From: an uncultured Gemmatimonadales bacterium
GTDB lineage: Bacteria; Gemmatimonadota; Gemmatimonadetes; Gemmatimonadales; GWC2-71-9
Reading direction: 5' to 3'
Assembly (NCBI GenBank): GCA_963730185.1
Contig: CAVSQW010000014.1
Coordinates: 261,674 to 325,673 of the forward strand
Length of the DNA stretch: 64,000 nucleotides
Shown here in pieces: positions 61,648-64,000 of the stretch. The notes under the pieces are model-generated. The model was not told the origin of the DNA, ran no database searches, and saw nothing but the letters and a program-made list of their open reading frames with translations. How positions within the stretch are numbered: the stretch's first letter is position 1; each line of letters begins with the position of its first letter. Both the position numbers and the translations under genes were made by a program.

Positions 61648-62232
61648 CTAACGCCCGGAGGCGGGGGGCAACCGGTCCAACAGGGCCTGCATCCGGGCGA
61701 TCTCCGCCCGTTGGTCGGCGTCGACGTCCGCCGCGAACTTGAAGAGGGCCGTTTCCTGGCCGGCCCCCGGCGTGGCGTAGAGGTTCTTGACCATGGTGAG
61801 GGCGCCCTGGTGGTGCTGGATCATGCCCTCGAGAAAGAGCCGGTCGAAGGCCGGCCCGCGGGCGGCGCGGAGCCCATCCATCTGGGCCGGCGTCAGCATG
61901 CCGGGCATCATCGGCATGTCGCGGTGATCGCCGTGGGGGCCGAGCGGATCGGGCGCCCGCTGATGCCGGTCCTCCAGCCAGTGCTGCATCAGCTTGATCT
62001 CGTCGGTCTGGGAGATCCGGATCCGCTCGGCCAGGAGGTGGAGGCTCTCGAGCGTGGTGTGGGTCGGGACCAGATCCGCCATGATCACGGCCTGGGCGTG
62101 GTGGGCGATCATCCCCTGCATGAAGGCCACGTCGGCCGGGGTGTAGTCGGGGTCCTGCGCGGCGCCTGACATCGCCGGGAGCGCGAGCGCGAGCGGGACC
62201 AGGAGGAGCGAGCGAAGCGTCGGAAGTGCCAT
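61648..62232 (-). CDS. DUF305-family secreted protein
   Basis: FMQGMIAHHAQA and FLEGMIQHHQGA paired HH motifs. Confidence 0.9.
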   Translation of the reverse strand: MALPTLRSLLLVPLALALPAMSGAAQDPDYTPADVAFMQGMIAHHAQAVIMADLVPTHTTLESLHLLAERIRISQTDEIKLMQHWLEDRHQRAPDPLGPHGDHRDMPMMPGMLTPAQMDGLRAARGPAFDRLFLEGMIQHHQGALTMVKNLYATPGAGQETALFKFAADVDADQRAEIARMQALLDRLPPASGR

Positions 62233-62270
62233 CGGACAGCCGTCGGTGCGGGCGAATGCGTCCCGAGAAG

Positions 62271-63182
62271 CTACCGACGCGACGCCGCCTTCGGAATGGC
62301 GCGACCGGTGGAGCCGAGGGTATCGCCGAACGCGAGGGCCGCGGGCAGCAGGCGTCGATAGAGGGTCCGCGTCAGACGTCGGGCCGTGGTACCCGGCCAC
62401 CCGGGTGGCAGGAGTTGGGCGGGCAGGTCGGGATCGTCGCGAGTGATCTCGAGATAGTCGAAGACCAGCGCGAACCGGAGGACGAACGCGGCGCGCTCGC
62501 GATCGGGCTCGTCTCGAAACGGGCCCCAGTCCCGGCCGCCGGAGAACGGAGCGTAGCGGGAGACGAAGGCCCGGTACCGTTCCGCCAGGGCGACGAGATC
62601 CCAGCGGCCGGCCACGAACTCCCGGTCGTCCTCGGGGTCCATCCGCTGGGCCTGAAACACTTCGATCAGTCGTTCCGCGCCAGGCGCGGAGGCGGCCGTC
62701 AGCAGCCGGCGAGTCCGGCCTCCGGGACGGATGTACCAGCCCGGCCCGATGGTCGCGAAGCCCTCCGCCCGGAGGATCTCGCACAGCCGCTCCTGCTCGA
62801 TCCGATCGTCGGCGGTCCCGTGGAAGTGCACCAGCGACCACCGTCCGTCCCAGCGCCCCGGCTCCGCCCTCATGATCCTGGCCAGACCGGCTTCGGCTTC
62901 GGCCCGCGCGAAAGGGCTCAGCCGATAGTGCTTGGCCCGACCCGCGGTTCGACTCTCCAGCTCCCGGCTCCGCTCCATCCGGTAGAGCGTCTGCCGAACC
63001 GCTGCGAGACCGTGACCGAGTGCGCGACCGGCTCCAACCAGCCAGACGCCGGGTAGCTCACCACCTCGTCGGGCTGCGTAGTAGCTGAACGCCGAGTAGA
63101 CGGTATAACTCACCGGGGCGTCGGTGACCGTCGCGCGGAACGGGGCGAGGAGACGGCCGGGCCGGGCCCGAGCAGCGGTCAT
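62271..63182 (-). CDS. PaaX-family transcriptional regulator
   Basis: AVRQTLYRM wHTH, WDGRW, WDLVALAERY, DPDLPAQLLPPGWPG. Confidence 0.85.
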   Translation of the reverse strand: MTAARARPGRLLAPFRATVTDAPVSYTVYSAFSYYAARRGGELPGVWLVGAGRALGHGLAAVRQTLYRMERSRELESRTAGRAKHYRLSPFARAEAEAGLARIMRAEPGRWDGRWSLVHFHGTADDRIEQERLCEILRAEGFATIGPGWYIRPGGRTRRLLTAASAPGAERLIEVFQAQRMDPEDDREFVAGRWDLVALAERYRAFVSRYAPFSGGRDWGPFRDEPDRERAAFVLRFALVFDYLEITRDDPDLPAQLLPPGWPGTTARRLTRTLYRRLLPAALAFGDTLGSTGRAIPKAASRR

Positions 63183-64000
63183 CGGACCGGATCGGGCGGC
63201 GAGGCTCGCCGGAGACGGGCCAGGTCGGCCCGGTCCAGCCACCGGCCCTGTACCACGGCGCCGGCCGGCCGGCGGAGCGTGGCCAGGTCATCGATCGGAT
63301 TGGCGTCGACCAGCAGCAGATCGGCCCGCTGTCCCACCGCCACGCTGCCCCAGTCGTCGGCCTGACGCTCGAATCGGGCCGGGTTGCTGGTCGCCGCAAC
63401 CAGCACCTGGTACCGGGTCAGTCCAGCCTCGAGCATCGCGTCCAGCTCGTCGTGCAGGGAGTATCCCGGCACCAGGACCGCGTTCGGCAGGTCAGTCCCG
63501 GCCAGGAGGGGAACGCCCGCCTGGGCCAGGGCGCCGGCGAGTCGCAGCTGAAAGTCGGTCCACGGATTGTACCGAGAGCTGGTCGGCCGCGGTCGGTCAC
63601 GCTTCAGCCGCCCGGTGACGGAGGTCCAGAACTCTCGGAGGTCTGGCGGCGAGGCCCGGGCGTCCGGTCGCGCCATGAGCGAGTCGTACCCGCCGGTGCC
63701 GATCAGGGCCAGCTGGATCATGCTCTCGAGGGTCGGGGTGACCCACATCCCGGCATGACGGATGCTGTCCGCGATCGCCGGAATCCGGAGAGTGTCGAGG
63801 TCGTGGCCGAACGCCGCGTGGACGGTCTTGTCCAGGTGCTCGAGCCCGTCCATGTCCGAGGCGAGCACACCGGCGAAGCCCACCGACGCGGGGATGTGTC
63901 CCGAGGTGAGCATGCCGAGGACCCGCGCGGTTCGGACGGCGGCGTCGAAGAACAAGACGTAGAACGGTCGAAGAACAGGGACATAACAATGCCAATCGCC
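63179..64000 (-). CDS. Amidohydrolase-family protein, 5' end outside window
   Basis: GHIP, LEH, LLAGTD, SLHDEL, AATSNPA, ADLLLVDANP. Confidence 0.85.
   Translation of the reverse strand, partial: GDWHCYVPVLRPFYVLFFDAAVRTARVLGMLTSGHIPASVGFAGVLASDMDGLEHLDKTVHAAFGHDLDTLRIPAIADSIRHAGMWVTPTLESMIQLALIGTGGYDSLMARPDARASPPDLREFWTSVTGRLKRDRPRPTSSRYNPWTDFQLRLAGALAQAGVPLLAGTDLPNAVLVPGYSLHDELDAMLEAGLTRYQVLVAATSNPARFERQADDWGSVAVGQRADLLLVDANPIDDLATLRRPAGAVVQGRWLDRADLARLRRASPPDPVR

Overview
High-GC bacterial chromosomal segment. The gene content and protein style suggest Gemmatimonadota (inference only). No rRNA, tRNA, CRISPR array, transposase or phage genes were recognised. From left to right the window holds: (1) a yybP-ykoY (Mn2+) riboswitch with an overlapping terminator, an unannotated 26-aa leader ORF and a TerC/Alx gene, divergent from a TerB-like/DUF697 gene; (2) a ~7 kb general-stress island (CsbD, Fet4-like protein, FAD oxidoreductase, Rho_N-type small protein, YflT-like protein, lmo0937-type protein, USP, ferritin-like protein) containing three sigma-54-type promoters and a sigma-54 activator whose receiver domain has lost its phosphorylation residues; (3) housekeeping blocks (gpmI-OMP-queD-mobA-mobB-moeA, guaB, LeuT-like NSS + small subunit + APC permease, nrnA-nfu-mrp, futalosine-route menaquinone genes, fpg + short UvrC, purD); (4) three ECF sigma modules (SigW-like, SigH/SigR-like, ECF42+DGPF); (5) many secreted peptidases and hydrolases. 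A dispersed family of purine/pyrimidine-skewed decamer arrays (GGGGAGGGAY-like), usually arranged as inverted pairs, occupies four intergenic sites. Dense indels at about 35.6 kb, 39.3-43.9 kb, 55.2-57.6 kb and 60.6-61.3 kb most likely reflect long-read assembly errors rather than real pseudogenes. All family assignments come from recognising motifs by eye; no database search was run.
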